The position numbers and the translations under genes are program-made. DNA of 64,000 nt from Antedon mediterranea (lineage: Eukaryota > Animalia > Echinodermata), in NCBI RefSeq assembly GCF_964355755.1, contig NC_092679.1, positions 21,559,432 through 21,623,431 on the forward strand, in the 5' to 3' direction. The notes below the pieces were generated by a model. That model was not told the DNA's origin and ran no database searches. It worked only from the letters and a program-made list of their open reading frames with translations. Below are positions 39,149-52,200 of the stretch, piece after piece. Each line of letters opens with the position of its first letter. The stretch's first letter is position 1.

Positions 39149-40138
39149 CAAGAAGTGAAAAGACCACATCTATTTATTTTTTGAGTGCTCTAAAGCTCTG
39201 TCTATACTACCAAACTAGTTTGACAAAAAAAAGTGTGATGTGCCCAAATATGGTAGTGATATGCCCACATATGGTAGTGATATGCCCACATATGGTAGTG
39301 ATATGACATCATCATGTCCATATATGGGCACACCACCACATAAAGTTTGATAGCCAAATACGTACAACACAGTCAGCTGAAAAATTATTAGTAACAGAAA
39401 TGAGTTGGACCTATTCTTGCACTTTTATATTATATAATGAAGCCAGATTGACATAATGTGTTCAGTAGGGGCTTGATTTAAGTCCAAAAAATAGATGAAA
39501 AGCAATGAGGACAAATATTGTAACAGCATGCTTACAGGTCAAAAATTCAGTTCACCATGACATAATGGTTTCCATCTGTAAATATGTAAATTTTAGGCAC
39601 ATTATACAAAAATGGCAATAAATATATCTGGTTATTGAATACTTTTGGGTATTTTTCATTAAAATCATGATAGCCTTCGTTTGACAATTGGATTTTATAA
39701 ATACAAATGAAAATAAATGTTTGTTTATTTAAAATACTGTGTGAATTTGGTTTTTATAGTGTTTGTTTTATTGTTTTGTAATATTTCTCTATCATTTTAT
39801 AGGCCTATACATAAATGCATTACATGACATAACCCCCTACTAATTAAAAAAGAGGTGTAGCATATCTTTTTATAGATATTGGATAAGACCGTGGAGCTAA
39901 ATTAATTTATAGCTCCATGGTATTATATAGGCCTAGTAGTACGTCTGTATTCCCATTATAAAAATTATATTGATAAAAAACAGTAATATAATCTATGAAA
40001 TTCAATTTTATTTAAAATATATCCCCTAATAATAATTAATATTCAAAAGAACCGGGCTTATTTACGGGCTTACTGTATTTTACATGCTATGTGGTTGGGG
40101 GAGAGGGGAAAGGGGGTAAATTTCCCAGACTACTTTGC

Positions 40139-40150
40139 CAAGATGGCGGC
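40139..40150 (+). promoter_or_regulatory. YY1 motif in the USP34 core promoter/5' UTR
   Basis: CAAGATGGCGGC is the YY1 consensus, about 100 bp upstream of the ATG. Confidence 0.65.
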
Positions 40151-40244
40151 TGTAAGGTCGAAGTCTAAATCGGGCTAGGGATTTCGGCTTCTGTAAATGC
40201 TCTATATTTGAAATGTAAGATTTGTTACATCCCAGAAAGAAGCT

Positions 40245-43200
40245 ATGGCTACGTGTGATTCATGTGCGGATCTTTATCGCCTACTTCAATCATGTAAGTG
40301 TGTGATTATTGTTATGAATCTTAGGCCTAGGCCCTGGAATTAATCAAATATTGGTGTTGTCGGTGAAAGTGTGCCCGTCCGTGCTGTGTGTGATTGTGAG
40401 GGACCAATAATGAGCGGTCCGATACAAGGCTAGGCCTGAGTCTAGCATGATTCCAGTAGCTTAGAAAAGACACTTATTTATTTGCTAGGGTTAGCTGGTA
40501 TAACTTTAATAATTAACCAATCGTCTAATCATCGTGCAACTTGACAATTTGTTTTATTTTCATATAATAATAAATAAATGAATGCCATGGATGGGTTGTT
40601 TTTTTATGTTGTTTTTTGTAGGCGAGACAGATCCTACTAGACTAGGCCTATACTACACTATTATTATGCCTTGTGTAGACTCTAAACCTGTCCTTTATCT
40701 AGCCAAGGTACAGTAGAATAGGCTATTATTAATAGTATTATATTATGCAACATTTAAGGCTTTCAAAGACTAAAGTAACTGCTGTATACTTTTTAGTGTT
40801 AATATCAGTAATATTTAAAAACTAACAAATGTTTTACATTTTTCACATTCACTTATATGAGCTCTACTGTAGTTACAGCCCCCATTGTATTGTCCGCAGC
40901 ATTTTCAAATGCTACACATGATTTTTTTCCCTACCTAGTTTCTGCTTATATGCCGTCATTTATATAAATTTAGGCTCTGTCTGGTTCAAAGACAAACATT
41001 CTTTTATGCAAGGCTTATTTCAATATAATAATTCTTGAAATTGCCCTACTCAGGATGCCAAAATGTTTTGTTTGTGTTTCATTGAATTTCAAGACTACCT
41101 GTATAAATGTCTTTGCATAGTTGTATATCTAGACCCTAGATCTATTTTCATCATCCATTGTTTAATAGGTATGTAATATATTATTAAAAGTTAAAAGTTA
41201 AAATATAGACCTAGTAGAGCTACAATACATAATGTTTGCTATTGAGGGTGGCACATTTTATTTCCAATTGATCAAGCAGGGATGGTAGAAATAAAACCTT
41301 TCGAGTATAATTCTGATCATTTTAAAATGAATATCCCATGTGTGAATGCATGTTGCAGCAAGCAGGGATGGTAGAAATAAAGCCTTTCGAGTATAATTCT
41401 AATCATTTTAAAAATAAGTATGATACTTATTTTTAAAATGATTAGAATTATACTCGAAAGGCTAATGAATTAATTGATAAAGAAATTGAAAAATGGAATC
41501 CTACTAGTTGTAGAGCACTACTTTTGTTCACCTATGTAACACCTCTGTCCCAAAAGCATGATGTAGTAATTTGATAACAATTATGAGCATTGATCTGTAT
41601 TAAGCATGTCAGGGGTGAAACCTAGTGAACACATAATGACCTGTTATGTGCTGACAATTATTTAAGGATGCATCACAAAACACATAGTGTTCTCTCAATA
41701 TAGATTATTAATCCTAAACAATTATATGAGAAACCAAATCCTAGTAGTTGGTGATATCATGTACTGTGTATAGATGTGTAATTTATACAAAAAGGTTTTT
41801 TTACAGAACCTTTTCAATTCAGTTAGCCTTTACTGATTGTTTATGTCTAAGGCTATGTAGAGCCTACAGTATCACTACTAGACAAGTATTATCAAAAGGA
41901 AAAATTACTTATATAATGGCAATGTTGTAGGGTATAAGGATATCAATGTAGATCTACAAATAAAATTAAAGCAAAAAGTGATCAAAACTGAAGCAAAAAA
42001 ATTACAGAGCTTTCACATATCACAAACCCTTCCTCAGTGCAAGTGAGAGTTGGTATTAAAGTAAGTGAGAATATAGAATATAATATATTATTATATATAT
42101 ATATGAGTGGCCTAAGTATTTATTTTATGTTTAATTTTAGACTATTTTAACAGCCAATTTATTTCAGTAAATATTGCTAGAAAAACCAGCTTTTAAGGAA
42201 AAGAAAACTTAATAAAAAAATAAAATAACATATGTTTTATTACAAATATTGTTTGTAGTAAAAAATATTATTAATTATAAAGGCAGAAATTTGTCATTGA
42301 AAGATTTTACTAATTTGAGGAATTAATTATAGATTAAATACTGAATAAAGATCTGAATAGTGTGTTGTTTCTATAACAGTATGTTCAGATTCAACAGAAA
42401 AAAGAAGGAACATTATAATGAATTACCATCTCATTTCACAGATACGGTAAAGAGTGCATCTGGAGAGCAGTTTGATGTTAGGAAAAGGGACGTTAATGTT
42501 TTGCTGGAGTTCACACAGCCTCAGAGGTATTTTGTAATTCTCATCATTTTTCAAATCCCTATGTTTACATACTGCGGTATTAAAACATTATGATAATAAT
42601 AGCCACATTGATTAATCTGAATTTGCAGTGGGAAAAACAGATTTGTAGTACAGTCGAATCTCCCAATTCGACTTCCTGAAAACAAGAAACTCTCTCAATA
42701 CCAGACTTTTTTTGGGGACCAACATATCACATTTCGAATACCAGATTTTCGGGAAAACCTGACATACAGTATTTGTCTGGCCAAAAGTTGTCCGGTATTT
42801 GGAGAGTTGACTGTATTGCGGTTTTTGCTATACCGCCATTTGGTAATTCTGTATTATTAAATATTAATAACTTTTATTATAGTATATAGACAATTATCAA
42901 TCAAATCAATAGTATTGATAATTGGCTTATATTATAAACATTTTCAAGTGGGCCTATTAAACTTGTTGGACTTGCAGTCAGTCAGTTAGTAATTCCGTTT
43001 CAGTTTTTTTTTTGGTACTTTTAAATTATTTCCTGTAATAAAGAATTTTATGGTTTTTGCTTATTTTAAATAAAATAACATTTCCTGTGAGCAATCATTT
43101 TAAATATAGTACAATATGAACAGAAAGTTAAAATTCTTTGAATTTGTATTTGAATTTAAAGCAAATCAATGCAAAATTACTTTGTACAATTCCGTCTTTT

Positions 43201-46200
43201 AGATAAAACAAAGTAATTTAAGTATAGTACAATTTAAACAGAAAGTAAAAACACTTTGAATGTGTAGTTAAATTAAAAGCAAATCAATTAATGCAAAATT
43301 ACTTTGTCTTGTCTTGTCTTGTAGATAAAACAAACAAAAAATTGTTTAATTTTTTTTGTTTAATATGCCATTTTGATGTTACATAATACTGTAGTTTGAT
43401 ATTCACTTTGACCAAAAATTGAATTAAAAAAAATGTGTTTACCTACAAATCTGTAATTTAAAGGTTTTGGGTTGAATTTAACTTTTTGTTTTGTCTTTTT
43501 ATAAGTGAAAACATTATTTGGTTTTTTCATGATTAACTTTATTAAAACTACAAAATGGCCTATTAAAAATATGATTTTATTAATCTTCATTTTTCATGTT
43601 TTTGTGGGAAAATACATCTTTAAACTTGACAAGTACTCTCATATAGTTTTAGTCGAGTTTTGCAGTTACAAGCTATTTTCAAATAGTGTTTAGCTTTACT
43701 GCAAAAAGGGCAACAGACTTTTATCACAGAAACAATTAAAAAATTGTTCCTTTTCACCACTTCTGGGATCACTTTAACAGCTGGCTATGAAATGACTCCC
43801 ACAAGTGCCAAGTTCTTGTAGGTTAAATTCAAATGATTTCTTTTATTGTTTTATTCCTTTAATACTATTGTGGTATAATAATATTACAAAATATTTTATT
43901 CTTATTTAATTTACAGGCAATGTAATTGTTGTTTTAAAGAATTTAAGAATTTTGAAAGGTTAAACAATATAGTTCAAATTCTGTTACGTTTTGCGATAAA
44001 TTCTATACCGAGTTTTCGCCTTTTAACGCAAGATGAGCGTGAATTCGAGTCTACAGATAAAGGAAGTATCGAGTTGATACAGAGAGGAAATGGTACCACA
44101 AATGTGGAAACCACTGAAAAACAATTAAAAGATGAGCTTGAAAAAGTTGTAAGCAAAAATGTGAAAAAAGATGAGGAGGAGAAGGAAACAGTAGGTTCGT
44201 CTGAAACGACAGATCAAGACGATATGAAAGATAATAAGGTAGTAGATGAATCAAATGATGAATTAACAAAAGAAAAAGCACCCTCGGATGAGGAGTCGAA
44301 AGAGGCCGAGGATGATGAGGAAGAAATGGAAGTTGAGGTGGAGATGTGGGGAATTAAAGACTATGAGAAGTTACTCCATCTTGTTGCAAAAGTGTTTCAA
44401 ATGAATTTTGCACTGTACGCAGCACACAAACACATGTGCCATGGGATCACAGAGGTATGTTAAGATTTATAAAGAGACCATGTCAAAATTATTTTACTGC
44501 AGTAACTGCATTTTGTTCAATTAATTTATATTATAAACAATAAAGATGAGAAAAACTGTGAGAATGAAAGAAATTTGCCCAACCGAGAATCGAACCAAGA
44601 ACGCTTGACGTCCTAACCAATAGACCACTGCAGATACTTTTCATGTTTGTTTTTGTTTTTTTAAATTTGATTAGAATAGTGAATCTTTAACATTCTCGTC
44701 CTTATTATACTGATAGAATAACTAGTTTTAAATTATGCACATGTAACAGAGATCAAATTGGTTTGTATATTTATAGATATATTTATCATAATTATAATTA
44801 ATTAATGTAATATTCATTTTTATAATTTTTATTGCAGGAATTATCATCTCAAGAATCGGAAGCATTGGGAAACTATTGTGAAATGAATGTAAGAATTGAA
44901 AAAAAAAACACATTTTTTTTATTGTTTGACCATACTTATAATACACGTTTTTATATTTATAAATATATTAAAATTATAATGTGTTTGCTTTACACTACTG
45001 GAGTGTGAGTTGATTTGTTTGCAATTTCATACATAAACAATGCACACCTACATAACACATCCACGACACTTCAATGAACTTGTAAACCCAACCCACGCTT
45101 TCAACTCTTGACTACAGTATATTCGTTGACCCTACCCTTACATTATTGTCACTTCCCTTTACCTACACAGTTACTGATTACACTACGACACACATTTGAA
45201 TTGCTCTCTCACACATTCGTAAAGTACAGTACATCATTATTTAAATTTTAACCATCTTCAACCTTTTTAATAAACCATTTATATTCACCCCGATTGAGTT
45301 TTGTTGTAAAACAGTTTAGATATTACAAAAGCTAACAATTTGAAATCAAACATTTGATTCATTAATTTTTTTTGTGGATAATAATAATCCCTCCCCCCCC
45401 CCCCCCCTACATGTACATAATATGGCAGGTGGTTTATCACTCTTTGTTGGTATTTTTCCATGTATTTTAATTGCCAATTTATTGTTAAATATTAAAAACC
45501 AAATACAATAGATTTATCATTTTTAAGTCAACAGAACTTTCATAAATTAGATTTTAAGTACAAATCTAATCTATTAATAATAACATAATAAAATAATAGA
45601 TAGATATTTATATTTTTAAAAAAATTCTATAATATACTGTAATAAAGAAAGTGTCTAAAATGACTGTTCCTAGACAGCTGACCGCTGAAACTGAAGTTGA
45701 TAAAGTTTGACGCGTTGCCATTATGGATGTCTGTGCTCATGCTGAGAGCAGACTTTGATTGACTTGGTCAACAGATGGCAGGCTTTTCCTTGGTCTGTAT
45801 TAGAATTTCAAGGTTTAACATAGATTTTATGTCTCCATTACGTACAATGCCTTTGATAAAGCATACTGTAAGGTTTAGATCAAGGATGGGTTACAGTAGG
45901 TACCAAGCATAATGTTGGTAACTTTGTCAACAGATGGCAGGCTTTTCCTCGATCTGTACTTAGAATTTCAAGAATTAACCTTTATGTCTTTGATTAATGA
46001 TAAATTGTCATGTGGTTGAGGGACTGTATGGGGTTATTGTGTAAATCTGGGGTGGGTTAGATACCAAGCAAAAACCTAGTCATACAGTAATAATGTCATC
46101 AATATACCGAGACAAATTATGAAATTTAAGAACAGGGTCTATAGTGCCTCCTTTTTCCATTCAAAATATCAGCTGTGGAACATGATGATGTCATATCACT

Positions 46201-49200
46201 ACCATATTCAGGCATATTACTACCATATTCGGGCATATTACTACCATATTCGGGCATATCACTACTAACTAGTTTGATAGTTTAGACAGAGCTTAACAGT
46301 CGCCTAGCACTAATAAATCCTTGGTCTAGAGGGCAGATTCAATTTATGAACGTTTTTGTTCTGGGTATATACAAGAGGTACAATACAGATACAATACTGT
46401 TTATAAATAGGAACATAGTACAGGCCTATAATAAGAGGATCGAATATATTGTAACTGGCCTTCATTAGATTTCCAAGAAGAGATGATGATTGTATGTCTA
46501 TTGCCAAAGGCATGAAGCATGCCAGGGGGTGATTCAAATTAGAAAAGACATGTAATAATACATTTCTGGAACTTCAGAAAACGTTTTTATTCTGATTGCC
46601 ATACTCTATAATATACTATGAACATTTTTCAAATGATAATTGTGTTTGAGATAATCTTTAATTGAAAAGTATTTAATTATATTTTTGTAATTTTAGAAAA
46701 TGTTTTTATTCCGATTGCCATACTCTATAATATACTATGAACATTTTTGAAATTATTGATAATTGTATTTGAATCTTTAATTCAAAAAATATTTAATATA
46801 AAGGTTTATTTATCAAGGCATGAATAATAATATTTGGTGATTAAAAACTCCATATGTTATTTTTAGACTCTAACAAGTTTGCATATGAAAGTGATAAACA
46901 TGATCAACATTTTATTTAAAAACTGATTAAATGTGATTACTACAAAACATTTGATTTACAGTTTTTATAACCATATTAAGGGTCTTTTGGGACCCAACAA
47001 AGTGTCCTCCAATAATAGGGGTGTCAACTGAATAGGTGTTTGCAATAGTGTTAAAACATAATGATATATATTTTATTCGTCCAATAATTTTTGGAAATTT
47101 GCTTTTCTTTGGCATTGTGACTGTCACATTGAAATACTTACAGAGCTCATAAAAACAGTTACATACATAAAAAACATTAAAAATAATTTAAATGCAGATG
47201 AGTTAAGTGATAAAATTCCCACCGTACAACCTGATTAAAGTGAAAATTGAATTTGGATAAAAAGAATTCGTATAATCTATGCCAGATCTACAATATCTTT
47301 GTATATAATATAATTGCCACTTATTCATTTTATGAGATAGTGTCCCCTTAATATGGGTGTCCCCTTAATATGGGTGTCCCCTTAATACGGGTGTCCCCTT
47401 AATACGGGTGTCCCCTTAATACGGGTGTCCCCTTAATACGGGTGTCCCCTTAATAGGGTGTCCCCTTAATAGGGTGTCCCCTTAATAGGGGTGTCCCAAA
47501 GTAGGTATTCTAAAAAAAAACTATAAAACTGCATTTCTACATATGTCATCAATTATGGAAGCAATTAATTATTTTGAATATTGTCTTTTATGTTTTTGTA
47601 GGACCTGGAAGTTCCCATCCTGCTCCTTCGTAATGTCTGCTTTTTCTGTGACAGCAATGGCCTGTCCGTTATGCATAACTGCTTTGATGGTTCAACGCCG
47701 GAAGCCTTACACTTTGGCTTAGCTCATGGACTCATTGCTGTTGTAGCAAACGTAAGTACACATATTTAACATAAACATCCATTCAGAGAGAATGAAAAAA
47801 TAACTCCATGGACTTCCAGACTATGGACTTCAGGTTACATTTTTTGTTTGTTTTTTAAATCTCATTTTTTTGGTCTAAAGCTCTGTCTACACTATCAAAC
47901 TAGTTTGACAAAAAAGTGTGATGTTGCCAAATACAGTAGTGGTATGCCCAAATATGGTAGTGATATGACATCATCATTTCCATATATGGCCACATCACAT
48001 TTTTTTGTATCACATTTTTTTGTCACATAAAGTTTGATATTGTAGACAGAGCTTAAGTGAATAAGTGTGACATATAGCATATTTTTTTTTTATTTATTTT
48101 TTTTCATCAACAAGACAATTTATCTTAAATTTTTTACTGGACAGCTTTATGTAATTTGTTTGCGTGGTAAACAATTCATTCAATTCATTTATTGACTTTC
48201 ACCGCACATTACAGTATTGTCATAATATATAACAAACAAAACTATTATACAATGCTTACATAGTGGCATTGTAACGATTGACATCATCCGCATTAAAACA
48301 CCCACCAACCTTCATTTAAAAAATGAATTAGAATAAATAAAGTAATTGGAGAAGTTTTGTATTTTTTCAGCTTCGTATCTGGCTTCATATCCACGCTGTT
48401 ATGCAGTACGTTGCGCCACTTCGTGCACACGTCATCAGGTAACATAAAACATTATTAATATAGGAGAAAAAATAATGTGTCTCAAGAGAGCATTTCCACT
48501 GTAATATAAAAATTGAGGGAACTACCTTGAGTTGAAGTGATTTTGTTTTCATTCATAAAACACTAAATTTTATTTTTACTATGAATATTAATGTTTAATT
48601 CGATTACAAATGTATTTTTTTATAATTCCCAATTCGCAGGTATCTCTGCAAATTGAACGACAATGATCTACGTCAAACAAGTGCTCGCAATATGGCGGAC
48701 ATGATGTGGAACATGATAAAGGAGCCGATCGAAACCGCTTTACATTTTGATGGAGACAGTCTTGAACTAGCTTATAAATACTTTCTATCTTCTACTCTGA
48801 CGATGCGGCTCACGGGGTTGAACCAAATAACGGTCAGTTGATTTTTATTTAATTATTTGTTTGCGTTATGGAAAAATTAGAATAGAAAATATTAAAATAA
48901 ATGTTAATTTGAATTTAATAGAGGACAAAATATAATTAAAGATGTATTGTCCCCTGAAAAAAAATGTTTCAATATTTTTGTTGAATATGCCATTTTAATG
49001 TCACATAATAGTGATCCTTTTTGACCAAAAATTTAATGGAAAAAAAATGCATTTACCTGAAAAATCAGTAATTTAAAGCAAAAAAAAATAATCCATTCAT
49101 AATCAAATTGGCTGTCAGTCAGTCTTTCTTCAAATTGATTAAAACAATATTTGAACTGTACTTAGACAGTATTATATTTTGTTTTTTTCAATATTACTGT

Positions 49201-52200
49201 ATTACATTTTTTTTTTTTTTTGCAGAGTCAAATTCATCTTTATAATGAAATCTGCAGTAGTGAATCTATAACAGACAGTGAAAAGTAAGTAATTAAAAAT
49301 ATTAAAAACACAGAATAATAATGATAATGATATGAATAATGGATTGACGAGAAATCTGTATTTTATAGAGTGCAATTTTCAAATGAAAGCATAGTCTTGA
49401 CCTCTAAGTTTTTGAAAAATACAACAGGTTCTTAATTTTATAATTGTATGGCCCTGGGTATCTTCCCCTCTTATTTCAAAATCCCTGAAAATTCTCAATA
49501 TGCTGAACTTTTTTTTAAAAAGTAATACAAATCAGACAAAAATTAGAGTAAAAACACACATTTTTATACACTTTTGGCAGTTCTTTCCAGTACAAGTAGA
49601 CAAAGAATTACATTCCCGGTTTTAGTCCATTTGTTTTTATTTTTTAGTGTTGGAACACAACTGGCAAACTGGCTGTTAGAAAAAGAAGTTGTGGAGCATA
49701 TATTTGGTCCTAATTTACATCTAGAGGTTAGTTGAACTTAGAATTTTTTTATATTTTTGCATATGATTGGCCCCAGAGAAGAACAACAACCATGGGGTGA
49801 TGTGGGCCTCTGTGGTTAAATAAACTGAACTAATTCATTCAATCTTTTATTTTGAAATATCTGGTAATAATTACTTATTATTACTACAATTCATCTCAGG
49901 ATGAGGAAGATTAATATAAGTAAATGAAAGATTAAATGAAAATTTAACATTAAAATTCCCAAAGATCAAGGGATCATCAGGAAAAAATTACTATTACGAA
50001 AAAGAGGCGTGTCTTTATAAGTATAAACAAATTCATTTGATTTTTTACATGATTATTAAACTGTAATAGTTAAACCAAAATGTTTTTAAACCGTGATTAT
50101 TTTATTATTTATTTATAGATTGTAAAGCAGTGTCAGGTTATTTTGAATTTCTTAGCCGCCGACGGAAACATCACCACCAAGCATATTGACTGCATCTGGA
50201 ACACGGCCCAACTTAAACACTCTAGTCGTTATGTGCATGATCTGCTACCTCACCTCATCAAGCACCTGGAACCCGTACCCCTATTTCACCTATTGAAACT
50301 TGTGTCTAGCCTCTCACCCTCGGCCCACACTGAACAGGTAAGTGGATACATGCGCATTTTTCTTAATTTGTATAGTTTTATTTTCCAAAAAATCACCTAT
50401 TGATTTGTGGTACATAATATAGATACAAGTAAACTATATCATTCCTAATCTTTATTAAAACCAGGATTTTATACTGTATTCCTATATTTGTGACTCATTT
50501 CTCAGTCTTCATGCTATCTGTATGAGTCACTTCTGCTATCTTCCATTCTAATTTGTGTCAGGTGTGTGTAAAGTAGTATTTCCCATGGGTGAACTGGTCC
50601 TAAGAGACAATTTCCTGTTTAAATATTAGAAACATGCTGCTTGACTTGAATAGTGAATTCTATCTTCTGAAATTGTAATTTTTTAAGAAATCACATGATG
50701 CTACTGTATTACACAGACATAGACAATTATATATATTAATAATCAATGTTTCATATTATTTTATAATCATATAATAATGATTGGTGTAAATGTTTGCCCT
50801 ACTCTTTATGTCATTCATTTAACATTTATTTATAAACAGTTCAAGAAATATAAGAAGCATACATTTACAATAACTTAAATGGTACTGTTAAATAACTGTT
50901 TCTGGGATCGGAAAAAGAAGTAAAAGAATTTGTCAAATACCAACCCCTAAAAAAAAAAAAACAAAAACAAAGCAAATGTAAAGTACATATTGAGATACAC
51001 TGTGTTCTCTGTCATACTCTAATTCACAGTTCTAACCAATTTCAAATAGCAGGATTGATGATGGGTTTATTTACAGACATGTTTATAATGAATAACAATT
51101 CTTTGGGTATTAGTAGATAACAGTATGATAATGCACAGTTCTCAACAAATTTATGCAAAAAAGGCTTGCAAGGATTGATGACTGGTATACATACATGTTT
51201 TGAACAGAATTTTGAGCCAAATAAAGACACAGTAATTGTTTGTTTCTAACTTATTGTAAATTTTATTTGCATTAATATATTTTTTCAGACATTATTTTTG
51301 AGTCAAGTTCTAACCAAGTGCATTTGGAGCAATGCTCTATCAACTCAAGTTGTTACATCTACCCCGCATAAAAAGCCACAAGCGCAGTATCCCGTTATTA
51401 GAAGAAATTTACAAGGTAAATCTGTTTATTTAGAGTACAGTAGAACTTTGGAAACTAACTAGAAGCAATATATGTTTAAACACTACAGCCAATATAATTC
51501 AGGGAACACCTCTTTTCAGGGAACACTCTTTTAAGGAGAAAGTTTCTTGTGAAACGAACTAGAAGAATGTTTAAACAGCTACAGCCTACACTATTCAGGG
51601 AACACTCCTTTTAAGGAGACACTAGAAGGGTGTTTAAACAGCTACATTCAACACTATTTAGCGAACACCCATTTAAGGAGACACTTTCCTAAAAAAAGAA
51701 TGGCAACTTTGTTGTCTCCTTTAAGCCCGGTCTACACTACTAAAAAAAGTGCAATGTGCCCAAATATGATAGTGATATATCCATATATGGTCAACAGCAC
51801 ATTTTTTTTTGCATAGAGTTTTATAGTGTAGACAGAGCTTAAGTGTTTTTCTGTATTAATAATACTAATTTGGTGATTTTTTTCTGCCTGGAAAATGTTA
51901 TAATACTCTTAAGTTCTGTCTACACTATCAAACTAGTTTGAAAAAAAAAGTGTGATGTGACCAATATATGGGTACATCACATTTTTTCTCACATAAAGTT
52001 TGATAGTGTAACAGAGCTTTATTATAAATTGTATAACTTGTGTTTAGGTATGCGTCATGCAGGGCATCACAGTCTTAGCAATAGCAATGAGAGTATGCAC
52101 ACACAAGTTAGTGATGTTGAACAGGAAACTCATCACCACTTCCATAGAGATGATGAGGTAAGCATAGATGACCATAAAAGAAATAACATTGTTCAAATTA

